Part shown: one piece after another, positions 49,625 through 62,370 of the stretch
How the letters are laid out: the number at the start of each line of letters is the position of its first letter
Numbering within the stretch: the first letter of the stretch is position 1
Assembly (NCBI RefSeq): GCF_006345805.1
Contig: NC_043004.1
Span: 682,001-746,000 of the forward strand
Length of the DNA: 64,000 nt
Direction: 5' to 3'
Origin: Octopus sinensis
Taxonomy: Eukaryota
The notes under the pieces: generated by a model
Databases searched by the model: none
Seen by the model: only the letters and a program-made list of their open reading frames with translations
What the model was told of the DNA's origin: nothing
Program-made: the position numbers and the translations under genes

Positions 49625-50060
49625 AACTTAACTTAGAAAGGTTTTGGCCAGTATTGGCCCAGGTCATGTCTAACTTAATAGCACCACCTGGCGAAGTCTT
49701 TCAATCAGGATTTGGGAACCAAGGCCCATTCGAGCAGAGAGTTATTGTTTGCGGAGATATATCCGAGTGTGGGTGGTTTGTCCGGGACTGTTTGAAGGAA
49801 TTTGTCCAAAGTCTTCTTGAATTCTGTGTGGTCAGTTTCTGTTTTGACGTGTCCTGGTGTAATGTTGAAGAGAGCGGGTCCAATTGAGGTGAAATAATTG
49901 AGCCGTATTGTTGTTATGAGATGCGATTTAGATTTTTGTTGTGGACGGATAGAACGTGGTCCAAGCCTTGGATGTATTTTGAAGGTGATGCCAACATCAT
50001 TTGGACAGTGCTGATGGAATATTTTCCACATCATACAGATAATGTTGCGTTCACGGCGTC
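49625..50060 (-). pseudogene. CR1/L2-group LINE 3' end (ORF2 C-terminus plus short 3'UTR and (TTAAG)n-like tail)
   Basis: MWKIFHQHCPNDVG..RLGPR..FTSIGPALFNITP..FKKTLDKFLQTVPDKP..GY..NNSLLEW; reverse-complement end CTTTCTAAGTTAAGTTA. Confidence 0.75.
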
Positions 50061-50133
50061 GTTGGAGTGAATACAGTTTCAGCTTTTGGAGTGAATACAG
50101 TTTCAGCTTTTCTAGTCGACCCCAGTAGTCGAG

Positions 50134-50166
<33 letters not shown>

Positions 50167-50171
<5 letters not shown>

Positions 50172-50510
50172 AGGTTTGGAGATGATGTACAGGTATTATA
50201 TATTAGGAGAAATGAGGTAATCAGAAGATCGGATGGTTTATATTTACAGATATTTATTTATATATTACATTTTTTACATATATATCATATCAAATTGATA
50301 CACTCTTTGCAAACATTAGCGCAAACATTATTTTCAAATCAAAATAAGTTCCTTCGGAACTTATTTTGATTTGAAAACCCCACTAGAATGGGAGAAAGCG
50401 CTATGTTTTGCAAAGAGTGTATCAATTTGATATGATATATATGTAAAAAATGTAATATATAAATAAATATCTGTAAATAAAACCATCCGATCTTCTGATT
50501 ACCTCATTTC

Positions 50511-50520
<10 letters not shown>
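50167..50520 (-). mobile_element. (TA)n-flanked fold-back element with 3-nt loop and about 32-nt one-sided tail
   Basis: Arms about 50200-50352 and 50356-50520 centred on TTC (50353-50355); left arm has a deletion of about 20 nt; extension at 50167-50199 on one side only. Confidence 0.85.
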
Positions 50521-50593
<73 letters not shown>

Positions 50594-50680
50594 ATATACA
50601 TATATATACACACATACATATATATACATACATATATACACATACATATATATATATATATCCATGCACACACACGCACG

Positions 50681-50720
<40 letters not shown>

Positions 50721-51011
50721 TAATTAGAGATGAAACCACTATTAGGCAAGTCAACAGTGAAAAAACATAAGCCAATACATAAAAATTAATTTAAAATATA
50801 AAAGTTAAAATAAAAATTATTTAAATAATTTAAACTTATAAATTTATATATATATATACAATATATATATATATATAATGTATGTATGTATATTTTTATA
50901 TTTATATATTATTTATTAATTAATTATTAATCAATTAATTATTAATTTATTATTTTTTTTTAAATATTAAAAGTATTAAAAGTTTAATAAAAGATAAAGA
51001 GTATATATAAC

Positions 51012-51519
51012 AAAGTTAAGTTGTAAGATACTGCACGAGTGGAAATATATATGAAAGAAGGTTTGAAAATGTAATTTTAAAGCTGTTTATTCACTTGACC
51101 GGTTTCACATTTTTAGAAAAAGATTGTCAAGAGTAAAATGTAAAGCTTTATATAAGCTTTGTTGTGTTAAGGACTGGTTGTCACAAAAATATTACAATAC
51201 ATATATACACTCTTTGATGATAATACTGTGTATGTATATATATACTACCAAACAAACATGATTTGTATTGAGCTCCTAATACATTTTGTTGAATATTTTC
51301 TTAAATGCCTTCATTGTAAACTGTTTTTAACATTTTTTATTATTATTATTATTATCAAAGAATGTATATATGTATTTTATAACTTTTGTGACAACCAGTC
51401 CTTAACACAACAAAACTTATACAAAGCTTTACATTTTACTTTTGACAATCTTTTTCTAAAAAAGTGAAATCAGTCAAATGAATAAACATCTTTAAAATTG
51501 CATTTTCAAACCTTCTTTC
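51012..51519 (-). mobile_element. Fold-back Penelope-like derivative: about 175-bp inverted arms, about 40-nt one-sided tail, TA-flanked
   Basis: Arms start at 51053 (GAAAGAAGGTTTGAAAATG) and end at 51519; tail 51012-51052 matches the reverse complement of 62337-62375. Confidence 0.85.
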
Positions 51520-51532
51520 ATATATATATATA

Positions 51533-51915
51533 AGCGCAGGTGAAGCTGTGTGGTAAGAAGCTTGCTTCTCAACCACTTGGTTTTGGGTTCAGTCCCACTG
51601 CGTGGCACCTTGGGCAAGTGTCTTCTTCTATAGTCTCAGGTCCACCACAGCCTTGTGAGTGGATTTGGTAGACGGAAACCGAAATGAAGCCCATTATATA
51701 TATGTATATGCTTAAGTGTGTGTGTCTGTGTCTGTCTCCCCATCATCGCTTGACAACTGATGTTGGTGTGTTTACACCCCGTAACCCTGGCGGTGAGGCA
51801 AAAGAGACCGATAGAATAAATACTAGTCTTACAAAGAATAAGTCCTGGGGTCGATTTGTTCGATTAAAGGCCGTGCCCAGCATGGCTGCAGTCAAATAAC
51901 TCAAACAGTAAAAAA
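51533..51915 (+). mobile_element. SINE family A, full length
   Basis: GCGCAGGTGAAGCTGTGTGGTAAGAAGCTTGC...CCCAGCATGGCTGCAGTCAAATAACTCAAACAGTAAAA. Confidence 0.9.
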
Positions 51916-51945
51916 TATAATATATATATATAATGTACATTATAT

Positions 51946-52007
<62 letters not shown>

Positions 52008-52024
52008 TATATACATATAATGTA

Positions 52025-52278
52025 CGGACCGGGCTGCGTGTTTGTGTTCTTGAGCAAGGCACTTTATTTCACGTTGCTCCAGTTCACTCAGCTGTAGAAA
52101 TGAGTTGCGACGTCACTGGTGCCAAGCTGTATCGACCTTTGTCTTTCCTTGGATAACACTGGTGGCGTGGAGAGGGAGGCTGGTATGCATGGGCGACTGC
52201 TGGTCTTCCATAAACAACCTTGCCCGGACTTGTGTCTAGGAGGGTAACTTTCTAGGTGCAATCCTGGTCATTCGACCG
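52025..52278 (+). mobile_element. SINE related to family C, with a different 3' tail and no head
   Basis: GGACCGGG..GTGTTCTTGAGCAAGGCACTTTATTTCACGTTGCTCCAGTTCACTCAGCTG shared with family C; distinct 3' half ending TTTACCCTTTA. Confidence 0.75.
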
Positions 52279-52376
52279 AAGGGGTCTTTACCCTTTACAT
52301 TATGTGTATAAATGCACACACATGCACACATATACACATGTACACGTACATACATATACATATATATATATATATA

Positions 52377-52430
<54 letters not shown>

Positions 52431-52570
52431 AAGAGAAAAAGAGAGAGAGAGAGAGAGCAAGTAAACAAAACTGTTTCTGACACATAATGTTGATACAAGA
52501 TACGAAGGGCTGACTAATTTTATACCTATTAGGTTTTATATATATTATATATATATATATAATATATATA

Positions 52571-52605
<35 letters not shown>

Positions 52606-53719
52606 ACGCATATATGTGCAGACATTGTATTTATTCTAGTGCAGAACCAGTGATTCGCGACAACTTACTGCTTGAAGGAAAAGAAAAAAAGAAAAAAAAA
52701 GTGGCCGCCATGCTTTATTTCTTACTTTTTAAAATATATAAATGCATTAATGAAATTATCTCTTACGTCACTCCTCTTCATATTTATCGTGTGAGGGAAA
52801 TATTTGCCGCGATGCTCCAAAGCTTGAGCTGAACTAATCTAATCTATTTCTGCTGCTTGACAGGAGTCTGGCTTAAATGGATGCTCGTCGGTGGACAATA
52901 AATATAGAGTTTTGTCGGGGGGGGGGAGATCTGTCAGAATACTTGAAGCAACAACCATTGAAATATTATAACTAAAAATATATCGCCGACAAATGTTCAC
53001 AGAAGAGTAACTAATCTTTTCGAAAGTGAGAATTATTGAGCTTGGTCTACTGTAAATGTTGGTTTTTTGAATCTAGGAACACTTTAGGCAACAAAAAAGT
53101 TGTTTTTGGTTTTTAACTCACCTCCGCTCTAATCGACCAGACATGAATATTATCAAAGATGTTCTAACTATGACTGTCCCTCTATATTTATCTGGGTCTA
53201 CATTATCTAATGGATCATTTATTTAGATATAGTTGGGTTTGATTTAATGAGATTTAGCTTCTATTTCTATTGGGGGAAAGATTACATAGAGCTTCTTTCT
53301 TTGGCTCTGTCAGCAAAGAAGTAAAATTCAAAGGAGAAACAAATGATGTACATTGGTGTGTAGCCACGATATGTGTAATCACAAAACTGTCTACTCTTAT
53401 CACGTTGATATGTCGCCATTTTCAGACCCTTTTATACTCAACTCTCATGTGATTCAAATTCTTATTAATCTCCCAGAAATATAGAAATATGATTCTGTGA
53501 CTTCGAGTCACAGAAGATTCAGTTATATGTTACTAGTAAGAATTTTTTTTAATGCTTAGAAGTAAATCATAGCATATCAGTCGTCTTGGAAGAATCTTGG
53601 ACGTGGAATGACATTGTTTTCTGAGAAACAAAGTGACTGAAGAAATATTTGTTTCTAACTTCAGCACAAATCCACAAATTTGTAGCGAGGGGTTCTTCGG
53701 ATTAATCGACTACTCAGGT

Positions 53720-54130
53720 CTGTTATAAGCCCTAGGACTCTTAAGGTCGGAGTTTCATCCGGTTTTCATGGAGTATTAGTGACTGAAATTATAACACTTT
53801 TATCCTGGTTCGTCGCAGAGTTAACTTCCCAGCTATTCCTGGAACTTATTTACAGACTTGAGAGAAAGAAAATGAAGTGTTTTGCTCAAGAACACAGCAC
53901 ACCTCCCGATTGGGAAATCGAAACCAAGATTTTATCATCGTGAGTACAACACCCATACCACTAGGCCATGCAACTTTTCTTGTACTTACTGAAGCTTATT
54001 TCATCGACCTCGGAAGGATAATAGGCAAAGTGAACTTTGGTGGGATTTGAATTCTGAACATTAAGAGCCGAAACTAAATACCGAAAACCATTTGTACGAC
54101 GCTCTAGCGATTCCGTGCATCTACCGTCTT
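53720..54130 (-). mobile_element. Degraded SINE C (53720-53975) followed by SINE B (53990-54130)
   Basis: GAAGTGTTTTGCTCAAGAACACA..GAAATCGAAACC; ATCGACCTCGGAAGGAT..GGCAAAGTGAACTTTGG. Confidence 0.65.
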
Positions 54131-54149
54131 TAGGTCAAGAAACTTTAAG

Positions 54150-54385
54150 AATAGATGGTGATGCTTGGCCACATGCTTCGGTGCCAGCCTGAAAGCTGCG
54201 TAATGCGTGATGCAATAGAATGGACAGTGCAAGATACCAGAAGAGGAAAACCTAAGATTACTTGGTCGAAAACAATGAGGAGTGAAAGAAGAGATAATGT
54301 CTGGGCAGAGGCAGGAACAGAAGACAATACGGAGGAGAATACGCAGAGACCCTCTGGTACCAAGTTATGTTGGAGGGACAATCAG
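54150..54385 (+). pseudogene. RTE-clade LINE ORF C-terminal fragment
   Basis: LGHMLRCQPESCVMRDAIEWTVQDTRRGKPKITWSKTM matches the RTE W(L/F)GHVxR...RxRGRPKxTW motif. Confidence 0.6.
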
Positions 54386-55159
54386 TAACAATAACAAATT
54401 GCAGAAAATGTCTTAATTCATAACTAAAGCGTTTGTAAAATTTAGAAGGCTTTCTTTATCATATTCGAGTTTTAGTCATAGTTTTGGTTGCCGAATTTTA
54501 TGATGTTAATAAGTTCCATACTTTAAAGAAATATGTAGCATCGTATTTAAGCCATCAACGAAGTATTTAAGTAGTATCTAAGGAATCAAGGAAGCTAGTG
54601 TTATCTCAGTCTTCTCATTTCCCACTTATATTGAATCACTTGTCTTTTACTTATTCTCAGTGCAAAGGTTCCAATATTTAGTGAAGTGTTTTGACGCTAA
54701 AATATGAAAGCTGTAAGTGATTGAATAAAATACGTAGCAATGAGAAAAATGACTGCAGTAAGCTGGTAGGTATATATTTGAATGAAGATGAGATTATATT
54801 AAATAATAAAAAAACGAAATACACTGCCTGAATGGAGGTAATGTAAAGCTATATTAGTTATCTTTCCTTTTCATTTCGTCTCGATGCCTCAAATTATAGA
54901 GAAATTATAAGAACGGAGAAGAAGTCTTCTGGGCCACATCACAAGCAATATATAATTGAATCATGTATTTTCATTATGAATTAATTTTTCACTTTCATGA
55001 AGGAGTGGAGGAATTGTATTGAGGAAAATAAAATTTTCTCAGGGGTGTAAGAGGAACGTGAAGTGAAATGCTTTGATTAAAACTTGAAGCGACAACGCTT
55101 ACTTGGCACACGGAAAGCTGACATCTCGTTGTGCAGCATTTGCCATTATCGTGCTTTAT

Positions 55160-55560
55160 ACATTTGTCTTTTAATTGTCTCAGTCACTGGAGTGCGGCCA
55201 TGATGGAGCACCGCCTTGAAATGTTTAGTCGAACAAATTGACTCCGGAACTTTTTAATTAAAATTGGTACTTATTCAATCTGTAATTTTTTTTGCCGATC
55301 CGCTAATGTTTCGGGGACGTAAACAAGCCAACACCGGTCGTCAAACGATGAGAGAGAACAAACACAAAGACACACACAACAAACAGATACACGCTCACAT
55401 ATGAAAGGCTTCCATACAGTTTCCATCAACCAAATTCCCTCACAAGGTATTCATTGGCCCGGAGTTATGGTGAAGACTAAGGTTCCGCACAGTAAGACTG
55501 AACCCGAATCCGCATAGTTGCAAAACGATCTCCTTCACCACACGGCCACGCTTGCGCTTA
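55160..55560 (-). mobile_element. SINE family A (diverged)
   Basis: GTGCGGCCATGATGGAGCACCGCC...CCGCTAATG..GGGGACGTAAAC...ACTGAACCCG. Confidence 0.75.
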
Positions 55561-55659
55561 TTTATAGGAGTTTTTTTTCTTCTTCACAAAGTATGCTTGG
55601 CTCTACATCGCATCTCTGTTAAGTTGCTGGACTAAATATCTCATAGCCTTACTGATCAA

Positions 55660-56250
55660 AATGCTTAGCGGTATTTTGTCTGCCGTCACGTTCTGAGTTT
55701 AAATTCCGCCCAGGTCGACTTCGCCTTTCATCCTTTCGGGGTCGATTAAATAAGTACCAGGGGTCGATATAATCGACTTAATCCGTTTGTCTGTCCTTGT
55801 TTGTACTCTTTGTGTTTAGCCCCTTGTGGGTAGTAAAGAAATAGAAATAGGTATTTCGTTGGACTTTTCATTCTGAGTTCAAATTCTGCCGAGGTTGACT
55901 TCGCCTGTCATCATTTCGAGGTCGATGAAATAAGTATCAGTTGCGTACTGGTGTCGATGCCATCGATTTACTTCCTCTCCCGAAATTGCTGGCCTTGTGC
56001 CAAAATTTGTAACCGATATTTAGTACTAATATGGCGGCGAGCAGGCAGAATCGCAACTGCGCCGGAAAAATTGCTTAGCGGCATTTCTTCTGATATTACG
56101 TTCTGAGTTTAACTGCCGCTGGGACTATCTTTGCTTTTCATTATTTGGGGTCGATAAAATAAGTACCAGTTAAGCACTGGGGTAGATGTAATTGACTTAT
56201 CCTCTCCCACAAACTTGCTGATCTTATGCCAAAATTTATAACTAATATTT
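55660..56250 (+). mobile_element. SINE family B tandem dimer (55660-55995) plus a further copy (56033-56250)
   Basis: Junction GTAAAGAAATAG-AAATAG-GTATTTCG at about 55835-55860, as in the 7.2-7.8 kb trimer. Confidence 0.85.
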
Positions 56251-56699
56251 GGTTATAGTCTCTAGTTTTAAGTAAGCCTCAAGCGAAGTCTTTTGTAAAA
56301 TATTAGCAGCAAAAAATGCTAGTATTTTTTATTCAGAAAATTCAAGATTTTGTAGATCTGAAAGAAATCAATAATATATACTAACTCTGAAAGTGAAATA
56401 TTTTCTTTTAGAATAGACAGAACAGTGTATCGTAAGTTTTATTTTTTTTAAAACTAGAATCATTGTTTAATAAACAATACAACAGAAGATTTAGCTGAAG
56501 AAATTAAAAGAAGATTTAGTTGAAGAAATATTGCTTAGATGACGGAGATGGAATCTAAGTAACTATCTTCTAGATTCCTTAGTTTCCATTTCATTCTTTC
56601 GTATTTTTAGGATGTTTTCATTCCTCTTAGAGCGATAAACTAGATGCCAGATTCATATGGAGGAGATGCAATGCGCTAATCCTTTATCCTAATTCCGTA

Positions 56700-57048
56700 T
56701 TTTATCTTTTATCCTTCACTTGTTTCAGTCATTTGACTGTGGCCATGCTGGGGCACTGCCTTCAAGATATTTTTTCGATTGAATCGACTCCAGGACTGTT
56801 TATTTTTTTTTAAAGTCTGGTACTCTGGTACCTATTCTATCCGTCTCTTTTGCCGAACCGCTAAGTTACGGTGACGTAAACACGCCAGCACCGGTTGTCA
56901 AGTGGTGGTAGGGAGAAACACACAGAAACGCGCGCACACACATATACATACACACACACAACCCACAAGTTTCTTTCAGTTTCCACCTACCAAATCCCCT
57001 CACAAGGCCTTGGTCAGTTCGAGGCTAGAGTAGAAGACACTTGTCCTT
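56700..57048 (-). mobile_element. SINE family A lacking the head
   Basis: Family tail and body blocks. Confidence 0.85.
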
Positions 57049-58354
57049 CCAATGATTACAGTGTAGAAATGAGGTAGAGGTCGAATTTCTTTTCTATCAA
57101 TGAAAGACATTTGCATCACTAAATCCCATTTTCTCTCCACAAAAAAAAAAACAGAACAAAAATACACAAGGCTTTTGTCTATCCTGGAATCAAGTGATAG
57201 AGATTATAACATATTTCCGGCGAACCTATCCTATCATTCCTTATCGATTCTGACATGTAAGCAATTCACGCGCCTTGAACAAGGCATTAACTCACTCAGT
57301 CTCGAATATTCTCGTCTACAAACCCCTGTTATTGTTGTTGTTGCTGCTGTTTGGTGTGAGTAAGCTGGTTTTAGAGGAGAAAGAGCAACGTCCATGAACT
57401 TTTGCCGAGCAATCCAAATTCCGGTGGGTTGGAGGAGGGAAAGCGAATGCTTTACTCACGGATTAAAGTTATAGAAATAGGGAGCAACGCACATCAAGAT
57501 ATCGAGATAGGCACAAACTGGAGACTGGTCTGAATTCTTAGCAGCAAATTCTGGTCTACTAAAAGCCCCTAAGGTTCAGTGAATGGTGTTAAATCGAACA
57601 ATGCATTAAATCAGCCATTCGAAAACATGATTGTATCGCAGTATAGGAAACAGAATTATTTCTGTGATTAGAAAAAGAAACAATAACAATAAAAAAAACC
57701 CAAAGAAAACAAAAACAAAAAACAAAGCAAAATCAACCATTTCTTCTCGTTTACCATTTTGTTTCCGTGGTGCAAATATTTGGTGTTGATTATATTCTTG
57801 TAGGTTTGGCACATATACCAAGCCTGAATATCTGCTTTCTGCTTGGAAGCTTTTAGTCATAATCAATATTACTGCAAACCTATTCGTCCGTTCAATGCTA
57901 TAGATTTCTCAAAATATCCAAGATAATCAAATATGCCATCAGTCCTATGATATCATAAAGTCGAGTCCCAAAAATATTTCGTTTTGTAAACTATTCATAT
58001 TCGTTATAAGGTTTCTTCTACATGTTATAAATGCAACGAACACCTATATTGCTTGGAAGACATACATTTAAACAAATTCCCTCGCTTTTTCCATCCTATA
58101 TTTATCAATATCTTTATCTATGTCTTCTTATTCACTAACTTTGCATTATTTTTCCTTATCTTTGAAAAGTTTCAAAATTCATTCCTAATACATGGCAGTT
58201 TCTTTCGTCACTAATGGAAGCGGGGAAAAATACGTCTTCACTGTTTTATTATCAGAATCTGAAGGTAACGAAGTTATTCATGCAGCCAGAAAAATTTATA
58301 TTTCTCAATATCTGTTCCACTGCATAAAATGAGTCCATTATCAAGTGACATTTT

Positions 58355-58417
58355 CATATGTATATATGCATACATACATACATACATACATACATACATA
58401 CATACATACATACACAC

Positions 58418-58494
<77 letters not shown>

Positions 58495-58500
58495 TGTATG

Positions 58501-58555
<55 letters not shown>

Positions 58556-58694
58556 GTATATATATATAAATATATATATTATATACATGTATATATATAT
58601 GTATATATATATATATGTATGTATATACATACATATGTATATAAATATATATATATATATTTATATGTTTGTATTATGTATGTATATATGTATA

Positions 58695-58725
<31 letters not shown>

Positions 58726-58887
58726 CTCATATAATGCATGCGCACATACATACAAAACATTGTTTTGACACCTTAGATATTAATTAAATGGCATACACAC
58801 GCGCGCACACAAGCACACCTGTATATGTATATGGCAGTTTGTGCATCTGCGTGTTTGAGTGTGTATGTGCAAATTGTAAGTATGTAC

Positions 58888-58918
<31 letters not shown>

Positions 58919-58928
58919 TGTATGTATG

Positions 58929-59005
<77 letters not shown>
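58355..59005. repeat. Compound (ATAC)n/(AT)n/(GTAT)n microsatellites
   Basis: Direct reading. Confidence 0.9.
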
Positions 59006-59006
<1 letters not shown>

Positions 59007-59219
59007 TGAAATAAACAACAGAGATGCTTTGCTCCACGCAGAAACTTGCAGAAGCTACTCAGAAGTCTTGCAAGCCCTTTGAAATCCTTTGTAATTCTGG
59101 AAACCCTTCCATATCGTCAGCTGGTGTCTCAGGGCTAGAAGTGTTTTGCACTTTAGCTTGAACGCTTCGCCTGAATGGGGCAGCAAGGACTGAACTAATC
59201 TTCATCTACAGAAGAGTTC

Positions 59220-59335
59220 TACTTGCGGTCTCTTATCAGTCCCAGCCATCTTGATCTAGTTTCAGTTGCCGTGCCTATCTCCTTGATGGCTTTCTTCAGT
59301 TGTCTGGGTTCCAGATCTATCTTCTGTCGGATATA
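59220..59335 (-). pseudogene. Possible RTE-type LINE extreme C-terminus
   Basis: YIRQKIDLEPRQLKKAIKEIG..RSRWLGLIRDRK* resembles the RTE YIDxLxxD..ELxxAMxDRxxWR motif. Confidence 0.4.
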
Positions 59336-60587
59336 TACAATCAGATATATAATAATCGATTAAGGAAATAGAAAATGGTTTCGGTATTAGTCTTTATTGT
59401 GTGCGACAATTGTTTCGGCCGATCCTGCGATTGTTCCTTATGGGTGGGATTTTATGCATCGTATTGTGTTGCATCAATTTTGAGGTTTGGGTCACACAAG
59501 GTACATTCATACATAAAGTTGTGTCTCGCTAAAAATTTTGAGTTCAAGCGGTCATGTTGTTATTTGCTCGCTTCAGTTAGGAAATGAAGCATTGCCACAA
59601 TTGTCCTTATCATTCACACATTACCGTGTGCGAATAATATCCTTAAGGTCAACATTTACTCACTCATGACCACTTCTAGGGTTTATCACTAACTCAGTTT
59701 TTAACCAAATAAGTTGATGTTTACATTTTTTCAGCGACACAATTTGAAAATTGCTTTGGCAAAAAAAAAGTTTCAGTAAAATATGTGAGGTCAAAAACGG
59801 GAGAGTAACGTTTGAAATCGACTTTCAGTTCAAATATATTTTTTTAAAATAGAGCTATATTTTATTCTGGCTTATATGATAGATCTCAACGACAGGAATC
59901 TATCCATGTTACTTATATGCAAAAATATTCAGCAGAAAAAAGTAATGGGATAAAAAACCGTCGAAAAAAGGGAGATTGACGTCGGAAATCTACTTTGACT
60001 CCATATATTACGCTTCTTTCAAAAGAAAATTACAAATTTAACTTTGCTCATAAATCTCGACTACAGGAATACCATGATGTTAATTATATATAAAAAATTA
60101 AAATAAAGAACTGCTGGGGCCAAATGTGCCGAAAACAGTGGTAACACCTAAAATCTAATTCAGAAACTAAACATTTTGTTTTTGTTTTGCTCATTTGATA
60201 GAATACATCCAGACGAGTGTCGTGATGCTAATCTTTTCAAAGAAGATTCAAAATGAAAAAACTTATTATATAAGCTAAATGAGCCACAAGGATGTAAAAC
60301 AATTTTCAAGTAATATTATTACTTTTCCATTGTAATATTAAATATTGATAACTAATAATAGTAAATAATTATGCATATAAACTTATAAACTGTAGACAAG
60401 AAAGAAAGAAAAAATAAAAATATAAAGATATGCAGGCTAGAGTATATGGGGGAGATATATAGATAGGATGAGACCTGTTAAGGAAAGATTAGATTGCATG
60501 AATGTTTAAAGCAAGGGAAGAATACTACACTTGCTAACACGGGTTAGGATGCGTATAGGCCCTTACACACACATTCGCACACAAGCA

Positions 60588-60653
<66 letters not shown>

Positions 60654-60659
<6 letters not shown>

Positions 60660-61416
60660 AAAAAAGGTTTGAAAATGCAATTTAAACGATGTTTATTTAC
60701 TTAATCGGTTTCACTCTTGGTAAAAGATTGTCAAAAGTTACATTTAAGGAAACATTGAATAATATGGGTTCAAAAAAGTTTTTTACATAATTGTCACATT
60801 GAATATTATGCATTCAAAAAAGTTTTTACATAATTGTCCATTGGATATTATGAATTCAAAAATGTTTTTTTATACATAATTGTCACATTACATGTATAAA
60901 TATAGTGTTTGGTAACAGAGAAGTTCAATAGTGTGATGAGAATATTTGGGAAAATTTGGCAGAAAAGGATAAAACAAATATATTATTGGGAATTGGTTGC
61001 GTTAATTATTGGTTGTCGCAAATTGTCACATTACATGTATATATATACAATCTTCGGTATATATATACAGCCTTTTGACAGCAAAAATTAAAATGGATTT
61101 TTTATACATCTCAGAATATTTTAAGTACAAGGCGAGAATATGTTTTTACTGACCTGTTGGTATTAGCAGAAAGGCTGATCTGAGAGAACAGAGGAAGTAA
61201 CCAATGTGGTGTATACTTCCCCTTTATGCATGAATGATTTTGGGGTTATCAGGAGGTTAGTATGCGGGTGTGAATAGATGTGTCCGTGCCCGCTGGTCAG
61301 ATAGCGTCTGTTTGTCACACACATATATACACACACATGCTGTATGTGTGTATTGTATGTGTGTATATATATGCTAGGTGTATTTGTGTGATATTTATAT
61401 TATGTATGTATGTGTG

Positions 61417-61449
<33 letters not shown>

Positions 61450-62370
61450 GTGTGTGTATGTGTGTTATATATCTGTGTATGTTATATATAGATACATATT
61501 ATATTTGTGTGCTGTGTGTATATGTGATATATGTGGGTGCGTTGTGTGTGGGTGTGTGTGTTCTGTGTGTGTGTGTGTGTTGTTTGTATGTGGTGTGTGT
61601 TTGTTTACTATGTGTGTGTGTGTGTGTGTTGTTGTTGTTGTTGTGTGTGTGTGTGTGTGTGTATATATGTGTGTGACAAACAGACGCTATCTGACCAGCG
61701 GGCACGGACACATCTATTCACACCCGCATACTAACCTCCTGATAACCCCAAAATCATTCATGCATAAAGGGGAAGTATACACCACATTGGCTACTTCCTC
61801 TGTTCTCTCAGATCAGCCTTTCTGCTAATACCAACAGGTCAGTAAAAACATATTCTCGCCTTGTACTTAAAATATTCTGAGATGTATAAAAAATCCATTT
61901 TAATTTTTGCTGTCAAAAGGCTGTATATATATACCGAAGATTGTATATATATACATGTAATGTGACAATTTGCGACAACCAATAATTAACGCAACCAATT
62001 CCCAATAATATATTTGTTTTATCCTTTTCTGCCAAATTTTCCCAAATATTCTCATCACACTATTGAACTTCTCTGTTACCAAACACTATATTTATACATG
62101 TAATGTGACAATTATGTATAAAAAAACATTTTTGAATTCATAATATCCAATGGACAATTATGTAAAAACTTTTTTGAATGCATAATATTCAATGTGACAA
62201 TTATGTAAAAAACTTTTTTTGAACCCATATTATTCAATGTTTCCTTAAATGTAACTTTTGACAATCTTTTACCAAAGAGTGAAACCGGTTAAGTAAATAA
62301 ACATCGTTTAAATTGCATTTTCAAACCTTTTTTCTTATATAATCCCACTCGTGCGATACCCCACAACTCA

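Noticed and set aside
53075-57640. Strong minus-strand donors GAG|GTGAGT (about 53120) and CC|GTGAGT (about 57456), and a plus-strand T|GTGAGT (about 57355)
   Set aside because: No convincing polypyrimidine acceptor or homologous open frame upstream; several such hits are expected by chance.
59060-59207. 49-aa minus-strand ORF MKISSVLAAPFRRSV...QDF* after a CTGTAG acceptor-like site
   Set aside because: No homology recognised, short, and adjacent to an RTE remnant.
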